Positions 48,700-60,670 are shown, counted from the first letter of the whole stretch. The stretch: DNA of 63,716 nucleotides, filler included, from Licmophora abbreviata (GCA_900291995.1; 9 parts of 9 records of this genome joined end to end with filler, not necessarily neighbours in it); one strand, 5' to 3'. Numbers and translations are program-made. The notes: generated from the sequence alone by a model not told the origin.

Positions 48700-50169
48700 G
48701 TCCGAGTGGTAGTCCCCAGAGATATTCTTAGGCGATGCATGAGAGTGGCGAGAGGTCAGTGCAATTCCTTTGGAAGACATCAAAATCCATTGACGGTCAC
48801 ATCACGCGTCGAGAAAGCGCTCTCAACTCACCAGGCCATGGCCACGCATCGTCACTACCAGTAACTCGGGAGCGTTTGTCAACTTGCGGTGGTGCAGGAA
48901 CTTTGAAGTGGAATGGGACATCAAGGTTTCGGTCGTTCATCTGTGAATAGATGGCTGCTGCATGGACAACTTCTAGCCACCCCAGAGAAGCGTTACCACC
49001 CGAGTAGAATCCTAGCTCGCTCAGTGCTTTCTGCCGTGCTGGACTGCGTTTCACGTAAAGTCCCTTTTGCCTAACAGCATTACACTTTGCACCAAGCGGA
49101 TAGTTGTAGAGCTCACATGGCCACCCAGACTCTCCGTCTGCTGGAACAACAAAGTTCGTGGGCACGCGGATTGGCCGCTTGCCGGCCACGCCATCGTGCA
49201 ACGTCCTCGGCGCCAACGTGGCATAGCAGCGCAGCGCCGTGTAAAACTTGTGAAAGCGGTACTCATTGAGGTCCCACACAAATCCGATGGCGTCCAGTTG
49301 TCGACGGCGAGAAACGGAATTGTTTCCTCGAAGGAAGTCATGCCTTGACCGAATTCTAACCACGCAGCTTCCCAATGGTATTCCCCATGTCGCCTTGGCG
49401 AAATCATCGTTATCGCGAGGGACCACATATGTTGTGGGAACCAATACGTCGCCATTCAACGATTTGTACGTAACAAGCGCTTCCAGGACTAAATTCCACT
49501 CGGGCTGTAGACGCTCCCATATGAATCCCAGCTTGTTCAATTCTGCCACGCGGTTTGGGCTCTGTCGTATGTAGCGCTGCCACCATTTCATATTGTACAC
49601 ACAGCTCGAAACGTCGACGCCATGCCAATCAGATGGGTAATCTGCAGTTCATCGATAGTCGTGAGACCCCTACAATATAAAGAATACTCAACCAGCAGCA
49701 GCGCTCAGGTCTTACCTTCTTCTTTCGGTACAACAAATCGTCTCGGCATGACCAAGTCCCCATGGTGCGAGTAGTAAGTTCGCAATGTTTCAAGTGCCGA
49801 CTCGTACGGCAGATCCATGCCTGACACGCTCCTTTTGGATTCTCGCGGAGTGTTTCCCAAAGCCTCGTTCGTTAAAGCTTGGGTCTTTCTTGCAGTCGGT
49901 TCTTCTATTCTTTCCAGCTTTTGCTCCCGCCCGCGGTTCGCTCTTTGTTTTCGGATCGTCCTTGCCATTCCGGCCGACTGGAGAGCGCCTTCCGCATACG
50001 GCGGAAACGCCACATTGATTTCATCAGGTTCAGCTCGAAGTTTTGTCCCAGCTCGTGGCAGAGTGACAGGCGGCAGAAAGGGGAACGCGTTCGTGCGGCG
50101 CAGCGTTGACTGAACAAGACAAAGAATGGGTAGCAGCAATCCTGTGGAAACAGCGCCGCTCGACATCAT
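48700..50169 (-). CDS. Helicase-associated (HA) domain repeat protein with signal peptide; 3' truncated; intron 49642-49715
   Basis: Repeats of AL..Y...(H/N)GD..VP..(F/Y)VVP...WP....G..LG...R...L..LGF.W, at least four copies; N-terminal hydrophobic segment ending NA-F. Confidence 0.75.
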
Positions 50170-50782
50170 GTTCCTCTGATGAGCTTTCTTCGGAATCACG
50201 TTGCGACTTTCATCGTCTCTCTTGACTGAAGTTTCGACAGGAAGTTGACGGCCTTGCAGGCACCACATTCAACATCGTCAAACATGTAGCGCAGAAGACA
50301 TCATTATGATTGCAATGGACGAGCTGAGATGACGTTTGACGTTTTCTCTCTCTTCAGAAGACTCAATGTTGATATTATTGTAGTGTTTTTATAGTATTTT
50401 CATTGGACATCACGCAAGCAATTGACAACGTGTCCGAGCGGTCAAAGGAGATAGATTGCTAATCTATTGTGCTATGCACACGTGAGTTCAAATCTCACCG
50501 TTGTCGTTTCTTTTGCACTTTTTTATAAGCCTCTAAAAGCATCGTAGGCTAGCTCCCTTCTATTCAGGTGTCCACTCAGGCTACGAAAAGGCAATGAGTT
50601 TAGCAAGCGACGGTAAGTCCATCGTATCGTGTGCAGTAGTAGCAAAAACACAGCGCTTTCTCTAAATAGTTTCAGTGGAGGCACAACTCTTTGTGTTAGG
50701 CGTCTAAACCCAAAGGCCAGCTTTAAAAAGGCCTAAGTTTATTCGTGGCACTAGTTAGCGAGTCACTGTGAGAGACCTCTTG

Positions 50783-51924
50783 TCAGGGGTCCTCTTTCGA
50801 ATCATTTCCGTTGGAAGTCTTCCCCCGCCGGCTGAATCGTTTTATGAAATATCCAATGTCGGCGGCTCTTCCTGCCCAAATCGGATTCCATCTCCTCTCT
50901 GCATCCTTGTAGCCTTCATTCTGATATAGTTTCAGTGCCGCTTTGTTGTCTAGGTCGACATGCAAGTAGAGCTTGGAGTAACCCCAACACGTCGTTGCAA
51001 TGTCCTCGACGCACCGAACAAGAGCAGTGCCGATTTTGCGCCCGCGAAACGTTTCGTCCACGCAGAGGTTGCTTAGATACGGTTGAAGCTTACCGGTACC
51101 ACTTTCACGATTCAGTCCAACTATTCTGGCGAAAGTTCGCTCGAAACGGTCAAGCCAGGGAAAACTAAACGGGATCTTGGCATCACATGGCTGCAAAATC
51201 ACAAAGTCCAATTCAGTCATAGTATTCAAATATTAGCAACTCAGATTCGCGCCTTTTCCTTTTTCGCCAAGCTTTGAACTCACCTGAAGACGGAGCTGAA
51301 CAGATGCAACCACGTCAATACGCCAGTCGCTTCCTCGACTTCTCCTTCCGACGGCAAGTACAACGGAGGATCGAGCAGCTTTCAGCAACCTTTCCTCTTC
51401 TGTAAGCTGCTTAGTTTCGGGGGAGATACATCGGGACTAACTGAGCGATCCTTTATTCGACTCTGTAGACCTGACAAGACCTCGGCATATGTCATAAGAC
51501 CAGAGTAGGCATTCAGGAACCCGACAGTCGGCTCAATCAAGGCTCGCTCGAGACGGTTCAGATCAGTAGAGAGGCTGATGGCCTCTGCTCCAAATGCGTC
51601 GATAATGAAACGCGACACATCGGGCAGATCCTCTTCCTGAATGATGCAGAGCTCGTAGGTAGCGTTGTCCTCGCTTCCAATGAGACGACCCTTGTTGTCA
51701 AAGCAAATTCTATAGGATTCGTCTTTGTCGAAGAAGGATAAGTCGGAGCGAAAATTTGCTACCGGCACCAAATTCAGACAGCTCGTCGATTTAGTATCGT
51801 GGAGGCATTGGCGGTAATTTCGGGAAGAGAGTGAGTTCACGAATCCTTCATTGAAAGCTAGGGTACCCAGCAGCACCGTAAGGAATAGAGTGATGGCATT
51901 GACACCAACAGAACAACGAGACAT
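50783..51924 (-). CDS. GNAT acetyltransferase with signal peptide; frameshift near 51403; intron about 51197-51283
   Basis: PYLSNLCVDETFRGRKIGTALV, LYLHVD..NKAALKLY..EGY; upstream LRLQ|PCDAKIPFSFPWLD splice. Confidence 0.75.
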
Positions 51925-52405
51925 ATCTTTCTCTTCTGTTTCACCTGGCTATGTTGAACCCAAAACCATCAGGAGCGACACCTTAGCCCTCAACCACAGT
52001 CTATTGTAACCGCCGATTGGTCGACTGCTATGTGGGGTCGAGTGGTCTGCACCGCCGGTTGCGGCTCCTCCTTGCAGTTGTGTTTCGAAAGATCTTTTGC
52101 GTTTTTGCTTCTTCATCGTCGCCGGCCGGAGGTCAGTCACGAGTCGAAAGAGCGCAGGTACATATCCCGTCCTTAATTCTGTAGTAATTAATGTTGAGGT
52201 TTTCACCACATCGGCAAAGCTGTCGTGGATGACGTCACACGGTTTGGCGCGAGCATCTTTTCTTCTCATTTCACAACGGAACTTGATGTCAATGAGATCC
52301 ATGAGCATCAAGCAATACCACTTCGTTGCTCAGCCTTCTCCCCACGAGGAGCTCACTCTTTGCATTAGAACCCGTTTGACGTGTGTCGAATACTCTGAAA
52401 TAACC

Positions 52406-53940
52406 ATGGCTAGTCTCGGTCGGTCCATTGCAGGAGCGCTGGATCGCTACTTTTGCATCACCGAGCGTGGGTCGACTTTCGGAACCGAGATCCGCGCAGG
52501 AACCGCTTCGTTCCTGACGATGTCATATCTGCTGCTTGTCAACCCCCAAATCATGACTCAAGGTGGCGTCAGCCATGAAAATGCAGTTTTGGCGACCGCT
52601 CTGTCGTCCGCTGTATCTAGCATAATTGTTGGAATCGGGGGTAACCTGCCGTTCGGACTTGCTCCAGGTGTTGGCCTCTCGGCCTACCTGTGCTACGGGC
52701 TCGTTCTTGCTGGTATTGCGACTCTACCGGAAGCACTGGCGGCTTGTTGGATGTCCGGAGTTCTACTGGCCATCTTCTCGCTTTCCGGTTTGTCTCACTT
52801 GATCATGCGCCTTGTACCAAGGGGAATTAAACTTGCCATTGTCGTCGGAATGGGCATCTTGCTATCAATGATTGGTATGGTCTCTGTCAACCTCATTGTT
52901 GCCAGCGACAAGACTCTCGTTGAGCTAGGAGACTTGTCGTCATGGACGCTACAAGTATCGCTTTTTGGAGTGATTCTAGTTGGGTCGCTCATCTACCATG
53001 ACGTGAAAGGGGGTATTCTGATTGGTATTGCGGTACTGACCCTCATATTTTGGGTTACATTGGACGGGTTCCCCGATAAGATCTGGGAGCTCCCAAAAAC
53101 AGACGGCGAACAATACTTGGACCTTCCTGTTCTTTGGAATCTTGAGAAAGCCAGTGTTATTTATACTGCCGTTGGAGCCTTCTTACTAATTGCACTTTTC
53201 GATGTGTCTGGCGTCATGTTTGGTCTTGCTTCGGTAAGTATTCCAAGACAAGCGAATACAGCTGTTCACATGGGAACTCACACCAAGCATACCGGCTCTT
53301 CCTCCATTAGCTGTCAGGCCTCATGCAGGAGGATGGTTCGATTCCGAAATCGCTGTGGGGCTTTCTGGGCTCATCAGCTGGGACAGTTATTGCCGCGTTC
53401 CTTGGCAGCACACCCATCATTGTGACTGTCGAGAGCGCATCGGGGGTGAAAGAAGGCGGGAAGACAGGCTTGACAGCCGTGGTGATCGGCATATACTTTC
53501 TCATATCGCTGTTCCTTTCTCCACTCTTTGGCGCCGTGCCGGAAGAGGCGACTGCACCAGTGTTGATTTTGATTGGTGCGCTCATGATGGGCGAATCGAG
53601 CAAGATCGATTGGGAGAGTATGGACAATGCGCTGCCCGCTTTTCTAACGATCGTTATGATGCCGCTCACATATTCAATCACCAACGGCATGGTGTTCGGT
53701 ATGGTGATGGCATTTGCATTCTACATTACAACCGGCTCTGCCTTCCGAGACATCTTTAAAGTCATTACCGGGACGACGGATTCGGCCGGGGCTCGTAGCG
53801 AGACTGAGAACTGGAACAATCGAGAGTCGGAAGAAGCAGTCTTTCTGTCTGTTCGCAAAACGACACGCCGGGCAGTTGAACAGGTCGCAGGGAACGAGAC
53901 GGACCCACTCCGCCAAACTGAAAATTATGGAGCTGTCTAA
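52406..53940 (+). CDS. AzgA-like NCS2 purine (adenine/guanine/hypoxanthine) permease; intron 53234-53310
   Basis: ERGSTFGTEIRAGTASFLTMSYLLLVNP, NLPFGLAPGVGL, FDVSG, VESASGVKEGGKTGLTAV, PAFLTIVMMPLTYSITNG. Confidence 0.92.
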
Positions 53941-53990
53941 TGTTGTGTTTGTAGAGGAAGACATCGTCACAGTGTTCCATCGTCGTTATT

Positions 53991-54090
53991 NNNNNNNNNN
54001 NNNNNNNNNNNNNNNNNNNNNNNNNNNNNNNNNNTTAATTAATTAANNNNNNNNNNNNNNNNNNNNNNNNNNNNNNNNNNNNNNNNNNNN
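53991..54090. other. Artificial scaffold spacer
   Basis: N44-TTAATTAATTAA-N44. Confidence 0.98.
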
Positions 54091-54108
54091 CATCGATTTC
54101 ACTTCTGT

Positions 54109-55470
54109 TCATTCCTCATTATTCTTCCAGTTTGACGACGCGCCGCCCCAACCAAGGCTGTCGAGATACTGGAGAGCAGCACGGTTCCCCACTACTCCTT
54201 TCGTGCCGTCTTTCCGTCTAGATTGTCGGTCGATCACTGACTGCTGTAATTCCCTTCTGTACTCTTCAGGTGTCATTTCGTCCATACCGTCAATCACGTA
54301 CGTATTTCGCGTACCTCGCGCCAATCCGAATCCGGAACGACCATCATAATCTGGCGTGTCATCATTTGATGTGTCTGTCGATACACTGGAAGCTGCAGGT
54401 ACTTGTTGAGGCGTTTGCTGCTTCGTTCCCCAAGGAGGAGGGTTCAGTGGAGCTGGTGAGGCGGGTGGTGCCCAACTGGGCGGGCCTGCGTTACTAGCAG
54501 TTGCTGCTGAAGTCGAGGCCGCTTGCCACGCAGGTGTAGCCGGAGTCGGACTAGGAGCCTGGGTGGTTTGCCAGGCAGGTGAAACATTAGGTGGAGTAGA
54601 TGCAGCGGGAGAAGCTGGGGCTGGCGCTGCTGGTCCCATACTGTCCAGATAGCCAGCGCCCCCAGCCGCCGCCATCGGTTTACCTAACGGGGCCTTCTTC
54701 GTTACAGGGCTACCACCTAGTGCGCTAAGGTAGTCCCCACCCACCGGAGTGCCTGACGCAGCTGATGGTGTCGCTGAAGCAACAGCGGTGTTGCTGCTGA
54801 GTGCGCTGAGGTAATCGGAGCCTGCAGGAGTGCTCGGCATGGTAGCTGGTGGCGGCGACCAGGCGGGAGTCGCTGGCGCAGCCGCAGGACCGTTGAGCGC
54901 GTTGAGGTAGCCTGAGCTTACAGGAGTGCTTGGAACAGTCGCTGGTGCGGAGGACCAGGCTGGTGTAGCAGGAGGAGTGTACGGCGCCGGCGCCACTGGT
55001 CCGCCACCGACAGCAGGAACTGTTGACACAGCGGGTGCTGTTGCGCGTGGTTGAATGGTAGGTGTCCCGGTAGCCGCTAGCTGTGCATCTTTCGCCAATT
55101 GTTCCTTCATTTCTGCCAAGATTCGCGATGTTGCAGATTGGAAGTCTTCCACCTCCAACAAACTCAACGAGCCGGGCCCATCCTTGACTCGCTTCTCCAG
55201 CTTCAACAGTGATTCTTGCATATCGACAAGCAGAACATCGTCAAACAAAATAGGAGCATCTGGCTCTTCTTCATCGGTAGGCATACCCGCTGCCTTTCGA
55301 GCCCTCGCAAGAATATCTTTGGCAGTCAACGGCGCCTTACTCTCTGTATCACCAGCTGTGGATCGGAACATGGCAGGCGTTCGGTATCCCGACGAGGTGG
55401 CAAAGGGCAGGGCGAATCCCCGCACTCGTTCGATCGCTAGAGCTACGACCGCAATCCAGATCACCTTCAT
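54109..55470 (-). CDS. Plastid-targeted Pro/Ala-rich repeat protein with helical N- and C-terminal domains
   Basis: Signal ending VRG-F; central low-complexity region with six Trp motifs (PAW/PSW/PPW) and four YL(N/S/D)(A/S)(L/M) motifs, plus a fifth near the C-terminus. Confidence 0.75.
   Translation of the reverse strand: MKVIWIAVVALAIERVRGFALPFATSSGYRTPAMFRSTAGDTESKAPLTAKDILARARKAAGMPTDEEEPDAPILFDDVLLVDMQESLLKLEKRVKDGPGSLSLLEVEDFQSATSRILAEMKEQLAKDAQLAATGTPTIQPRATAPAVSTVPAVGGGPVAPAPYTPPATPAWSSAPATVPSTPVSSGYLNALNGPAAAPATPAWSPPPATMPSTPAGSDYLSALSSNTAVASATPSAASGTPVGGDYLSALGGSPVTKKAPLGKPMAAAGGAGYLDSMGPAAPAPASPAASTPPNVSPAWQTTQAPSPTPATPAWQAASTSAATASNAGPPSWAPPASPAPLNPPPWGTKQQTPQQVPAASSVSTDTSNDDTPDYDGRSGFGLARGTRNTYVIDGMDEMTPEEYRRELQQSVIDRQSRRKDGTKGVVGNRAALQYLDSLGWGGASSNWKNNEE
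54800..54975 (-). repeat. Imperfect ~96-bp (32-aa) coding tandem repeat
   Basis: PATPAWSSAPATVPSTPVSSGYLNAL versus PATPAWSPPPATMPSTPAGSDYLSAL. Confidence 0.8.
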
Positions 55471-55870
55471 GGTTCGACTTTGTTGCACAGTGTATGATGA
55501 TGACACAAAACGGGGTGGAAGTGATGATGCGATTGCTACAACAGAACAACAGAATACATCAAGCTGTGTGTGTCTTTGACGCGTTGGCCCGCGCGCCTCA
55601 CGTCATCAGCAGATGGACGGCCGTGAGGAAGTGTGTGGCAAATCAATTTTCAACATGTAAAACTCCTGATTCCATTCCTCATCTTCCAAGTCACTCGAAA
55701 AAGAAACTCTTCGAAGGTGGTCTGTCTGTCAGACGAACAGAATCGTGCTTCCCGCAATTTTTTCTTGGCTCACGAAAAAAACACGGCGAGATGAACTCAC
55801 GAAGAGCGTGTGGTCGTTAACACCAACACCTTGACACAGTAGTGATACGATAAAATCTCACCAAAGAACC

Positions 55871-56995
55871 ATGCCGCAACCAAACTTACGTTCAGATGAT
55901 TATTATGAGATTCTGGGGTGTCCCAGAGGGGCGAATGATGCAGCGCTGAAGAAAGCATATCGAAAACTTGCCGTAAAATGGCATCCGGACAAGAATCCCG
56001 ACAATGAGGAGGCGACCGAGAACTTTCAGAAGATTTCCGAGGCCTATGCCACTCTTTCGGACCCAAAGAAGAGAGAAATTTACGATAGGTATGGTGCGGA
56101 AGGTGTGAATGCTGCAGAGCAGGGCGGTGCTCCTCCGCCTGGAGCCGGAGGATTCCACGGTGGCGGTGGTGGTATGCACCCACACCACATGAGCCCCGAG
56201 GACGCGCAAGCCTTTTTTGGGTCGATCTTTGGAGGATCTGATCCATTTGGCGGTATGGGCGGGTTTGGTGGCATGGGAGGCCCTGGTGTTCAATTTTCAA
56301 GCTCTGGAGGAGGAAGGCCGTCTTCATTTAGAGGCAGCGGCGACCCCATGAGCATGTTGTTTGGCGGTATGGGTGGGCCCGGTATGAGTACCCGGAGTAT
56401 GGGTGGCATGCCAGCAGGAATGGGAGGAAGTATGAGGGGAATGCCGGGGGCAATGGGTGGGATGCCCATGGGTGGGTCGTTTAGACCTCCGCCACCGAAG
56501 CGATACGATGCCATTCCTCCGGGGACAGTCGTGTCTCTCAAGGGTCTCGTAAGGAAGCCTGAGCACAATGGCGACCGAGGTGTAGTAAAACAGTACGATC
56601 CGCAGACTAGTCGTTTTATTGTTGAACTGGAAGATGGCGATGAACAAATGAGCGTGAAAGCTGCGAATCTTCTGCAGCATGTGCATGTTCGTGTCCAAGG
56701 TATTGAAAGCAAACCTGAACTCAATGGAAAGACTGGCACAGTCATTGCCTGGAATTCGCACACTGACCGATACAGCATCTACGTCATGGATCTAAGGAAA
56801 GTTGTGAGCTTAAAACCTTCGAACGTAATTTTGGAGCAAGGCTGCGTTGGACAGCTCGTCGGTCTTACTGCGAAGCCTGAGCTGAACGGTAGATGGGGAA
56901 CTATCAAGGCGTGGAACCGAGAAACCAACAAGTACGACCTTCAGCTGTCCCCCGACAAGATAATTCGAGTCAAGGCGGAGACTCTACGAGTATAA
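55871..56995 (+). CDS. DnaJ/Hsp40 J-domain protein with G/F-G/M linker and three C-terminal SH3-like repeats
   Basis: [23 protein letters not shown] (HPD); three repeats of V...G(L/I)..KPE.NG..G.(V/I)... Confidence 0.9.
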   Translation: MPQPNLRSDDYYEILGCPRGANDAALKKAYRKLAVKWHPDKNPDNEEATENFQKISEAYATLSDPKKREIYDRYGAEGVNAAEQGGAPPPGAGGFHGGGGGMHPHHMSPEDAQAFFGSIFGGSDPFGGMGGFGGMGGPGVQFSSSGGGRPSSFRGSGDPMSMLFGGMGGPGMSTRSMGGMPAGMGGSMRGMPGAMGGMPMGGSFRPPPPKRYDAIPPGTVVSLKGLVRKPEHNGDRGVVKQYDPQTSRFIVELEDGDEQMSVKAANLLQHVHVRVQGIESKPELNGKTGTVIAWNSHTDRYSIYVMDLRKVVSLKPSNVILEQGCVGQLVGLTAKPELNGRWGTIKAWNRETNKYDLQLSPDKIIRVKAETLRV

Positions 56996-57111
56996 ATAGA
57001 GGAGAAGTAAAAGGGAAACGACGCGAGTTTTCTTGGCGTACGCGCGTCCTCAAGTAATTGAAAAATAGGAGCCCCTCATGACAAATGTTATTGCTACTAA
57101 TACTGAATCGC

Positions 57112-58944
57112 CTACACAGGATGCCCGGGCAAGCTACCGATGGCACAACTCTCCCATTGATCACAAAGCTCCCAAGTTTTGCAATGCGGCGAACCACGTG
57201 ATTCACTTTCGTCGGTCGGAGTGTTAAAAGATGACCGTTTCGTTTCTTTCTCGATTGTGCTTCCACTCGTCAGCAAGGATTCAATTTCGTCGAGCGAAAG
57301 AGATTGCTCAGTTCCCTCCTGAGCTTCATGTATACTGTCAGATTCTTTCAAACCCTGCTCTATAGCGGCCTGGAAAAGGCATGCAATCTGTTGACCTCTG
57401 TGTCCTGCATTGGAGCATCGCTCAAACAACGACCTCAGCGGGAAACCGGCTCTCTCCAAAGCGCCTGTTGGTGCTGGCTCTTGCAAAAACAATCGAGCCT
57501 CCAAACGTCGGGCAACGGGGCTCCTCAAGCGCTCCTCCCTGTCGTCTTGCGCGAGCGAATTATCGTAAAAGGCATGAAATTCACGGCTAAGGAGAAAGCG
57601 GATCCATGACGCAACAAAAAAGAACTTTCGCTTCGCTCCGTCGTCCAACGTCGAGCTATCGACATTCGATACGTTGACAGACAAGACATAATCTACCAGA
57701 TGAATCAGCAATGCGGTAGCAAACCCCGGCCAGGACAAACAGATGGTCCGAATAAAAGGCGTGTAGCGACTTCGAATCTTGTCAACGCCGTCGGGAGTCT
57801 CAGGAAAAGAGACCACAGACCCAGGTACGAGGACGCCACGCCCTTCCGGGGTATCACCAACTCCGCCCCAAACGAGAAACGTGAGAGCGATCTGATAGCC
57901 CATATCTATCGGGGTATCTTTGACGTACGCCGATGCAAAGTGACGAGGCGGTAATGCCGTTGGTCGCCTCGACGTGTTGGTCTTGTCTTCTGGCGGGGCC
58001 TTACGCTTTCTCATTCGGACAGCAGGAGGTTTGGGCTGATTAGGTTTGGCAGTCTCGAATAAAGCCGCAAAGCGATTCCGATTTGTCCCTAACGTAGAGT
58101 TATCGAATAGCCCAAAAGCGTCCTCGGGCTCCTCGTCGTCGCTGCTGCTACTGCTGCTACAACTACTTGCGCTAATTGTCTCACTTTTTGCATCCCGTGA
58201 TGGTGAAACCGCTTCCTTCGTGCCACTCTTGCCTCCCACCTCACCTGAATCGTCCACAAAAAGATTTCCTTTGGATGCCGCCTTGTACTTCACCAGAAGC
58301 TTAATGGCCCTGTTTCGCTGCTCGCAACGCGCATTCGCCAATGGCGTCCAATAGCGATCCTCCAAGTACGCCAAGAATGTCTTCGCTGCCAGGCGCAACG
58401 TCGGAAGCGAAGGTAAATCGTTGTGTGCCGCGTCGTGACGCAAATCTACCAACCATCCGGGAAGGCCCATTTGTTCACACAACGAAGCCACACTGGCAGC
58501 TACGGCACGTTGTTGTTGCATCACGTCGGCCAGTCCATTGACACCACGCACAAGCGCGGCCGCGTAGGCCAATCTCAATTCTGTCGTAGTGGACGATCGC
58601 TGATCACCAGTCGGATGGGATAAGGATTGAGCATCACGCCACAGCAATTGTGCAAAGGCGAATGTCGTTTCGATCGAATGTGGTATCCTTCCTTGCTCCG
58701 ACCTGACTTTCCACACCGACACGGTACTGAGAGCATTCACCAGTCGGGCCTGTGCTTCGGGGTCGATATTGTGCGCTGTCAGCTCTCCGTCCACACTCAA
58801 GAGTAACGTAGCAGATATGAGTGATCTCCCCGCGTCTTGCAGTTCCCAACTGTCCCCCCAAGGTTGCACTCTCGATCGAATCCGCATCCGTTTGCGTCGC
58901 CGCTCCGAGAAGGTGGATAGAAGCCGATTGTTCGGTGAAGGCAT
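57112..58944 (-). CDS. LAS1: LAS1 HEPN endoribonuclease (pre-rRNA ITS2 processing)
   Basis: VQPW..SWEL, IPHSIETT, LRLAYAAALVRGVNGLAD, LPGWLVDLRHDAAHNDLPSL (RHxxxH HEPN motif), YW. Confidence 0.9.
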   Translation of the reverse strand: MPSPNNRLLSTFSERRRKRMRIRSRVQPWGDSWELQDAGRSLISATLLLSVDGELTAHNIDPEAQARLVNALSTVSVWKVRSEQGRIPHSIETTFAFAQLLWRDAQSLSHPTGDQRSSTTTELRLAYAAALVRGVNGLADVMQQQRAVAASVASLCEQMGLPGWLVDLRHDAAHNDLPSLPTLRLAAKTFLAYLEDRYWTPLANARCEQRNRAIKLLVKYKAASKGNLFVDDSGEVGGKSGTKEAVSPSRDAKSETISASSCSSSSSSDDEEPEDAFGLFDNSTLGTNRNRFAALFETAKPNQPKPPAVRMRKRKAPPEDKTNTSRRPTALPPRHFASAYVKDTPIDMGYQIALTFLVWGGVGDTPEGRGVLVPGSVVSFPETPDGVDKIRSRYTPFIRTICLSWPGFATALLIHLVDYVLSVNVSNVDSSTLDDGAKRKFFFVASWIRFLLSREFHAFYDNSLAQDDREERLRSPVARRLEARLFLQEPAPTGALERAGFPLRSLFERCSNAGHRGQQIACLFQAAIEQGLKESDSIHEAQEGTEQSLSLDEIESLLTSGSTIEKETKRSSFNTPTDESESRGSPHCKTWELCDQWESCAIGSLPGHPV

Positions 58945-59053
58945 TCTTGCGATTCTGAAGGGCTAGTCCGCACTATGCATAGGGTGACCGTAGATTGTAA
59001 ACAATAAAATTCGATGGGTTACCGTCGCCCCCACAGTTGCTGCCTCTGTAATG

Positions 59054-59153
59054 NNNNNNNNNNNNNNNNNNNNNNNNNNNNNNNNNNNNNNNNNNNNTTA
59101 ATTAATTAANNNNNNNNNNNNNNNNNNNNNNNNNNNNNNNNNNNNNNNNNNNN
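59054..59153. other. Artificial scaffold spacer
   Basis: N44-TTAATTAATTAA-N44. Confidence 0.98.
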
Positions 59154-59640
59154 TGTGCTGTAGTCGCTGTTGCCATCTTGGTGAATGCTTATTCTGTGTT
59201 GTGTGTAATGGCGCCGTCGTGGTGGCGTCTCGCTGTACTATAGTCCCGCGCCGTCCCGCGCTTCTCGTTTCCCCTGCTGATGCGCGTGAATATGGTCTCC
59301 TAGAACACCGCCGCGTAAACGTTGAAAGATCTATATAGTCACACGCCACATCTTTATACTAACGACGGCGCTAACTCATCGCAGGAGCATAGGTACATGA
59401 ATCAACTCAAGATTGCACATATCGTCGATAGATACACGACGAATATGCTACAACCCGCCTACATATCGAGTGCTATATTGTCCGATGCCAGTGGGGTATT
59501 GACTAACACAGCAATAGCCACAGTTCGATTGCAGGTGGCACAGAAATGAAACCGATCACACTATTCGATGAAGTTCAGCTAGTGAAGCGCCTTACGTGCT
59601 ATGGCAACTCGTTCCGCTTGTCATTCTCTATGCAACTATA

Positions 59641-60182
59641 CTAACGATTGAAACCAGAAGCAAATCCGTCGTCGGGTGGATTTGTCGAGGCATGGGGGTG
59701 AGAGACGGTCGACGCAGTCGGGTAGGATGTACTGGCCACAGCCGAGCTTTCTGTCGGAGCAAAGGCAGCAGGGACGTACGGACCAGTACTACCACCACCT
59801 GTAGCCGCAGTTGCTGTTGGGGTCGGTGTTGCCGCGGCAAAGGGGGCGGGGACGTAGGGACCGGAGGAGGGCGCCGTGCTGGTCGCTGTCGTTGGAGGTG
59901 GACCGCCTGCGAATTCCACGGTAAAGGTGGAGCCGGCTCCCATTCCAGGAGGTACCACAATAGCATTCAACCGCCCATCTGGGGCTTTCACATGAATCGT
60001 ATCTCCAGCTGTGACACCAGCGGGCAATGTGACTATAAGCGACGGGGCAGTGTGAGACACATTCGGAATGAGCAAAGTCGATCAGCGACGTCCTCAAAGA
60101 AAAAGAAGAGCTTCATACCTGAAATATACTCTTTCGCAGGAGCCCCAGATACAGGCTGAGGAGGAGCATTTGTTTGGTCCAT
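59641..60182 (-). CDS. Small Pro/Thr-rich hypothetical protein; intron 60033-60118
   Basis: Spliced MDQTNAPPQPVSGAPAKEYIS|VTLPAGVTAGDTIHVKAPDGRLNAIVVPPGMGAGSTFTV; repeated GPYVPA.FA. Confidence 0.6.
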
Positions 60183-60570
60183 CAAGACGAGAGCGTTTCC
60201 GCCGCCGTACGCGACAAAATGGGCTGTCGCCGTACTCGTGCTGCCATCAACCTTGCCGAATTCCGAAGCCGGTGGCGTGTACGGCTGATTCTGTGGTCTG
60301 CGATTTCCAGGATAGGCCCCACCAAACTTCTTCTTTTGTTTTGACTGACCGGTGACTGGGTCGGTCGTGACCTGCGAATGAAAAAAGGCGAAGCCACAGT
60401 GGATTGAGCGACAAGATCAGCTTCTTGACACGACCACTCCTGTCATTCAATCGAATTGCTCTCGCCCCACAATCGGATTTAAACTCACTTCCGTCGATGA
60501 TGTGCATCCCATGATGAAAATACGATACAAGCCGTTAGGCGGGAGACCAGCAAGAGTTGTTTAGAACAAG

Positions 60571-60670
60571 NNNNNNNNNNNNNNNNNNNNNNNNNNNNNN
60601 NNNNNNNNNNNNNNTTAATTAATTAANNNNNNNNNNNNNNNNNNNNNNNNNNNNNNNNNNNNNNNNNNNN
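60571..60670. other. Artificial scaffold spacer
   Basis: N44-TTAATTAATTAA-N44. Confidence 0.98.

Noticed and set aside
50270..50780. AT-richer intergenic stretch as an ncRNA or transposon remnant
   Set aside because: No terminal repeats, tRNA/snoRNA structure or coding remnants that I could support.
57112..58944. HEPN RxxxxH motif as a toxin/defence or Cas13-like nuclease
   Set aside because: Surrounding motifs match housekeeping LAS1; single HEPN motif, eukaryotic context, no array.
59154..59600. Possible genes right of the 59054 gap (ORF 59322-59549; a minus-strand ATG near 59176 running into the gap)
   Set aside because: Too short and without recognisable motifs to support a call.
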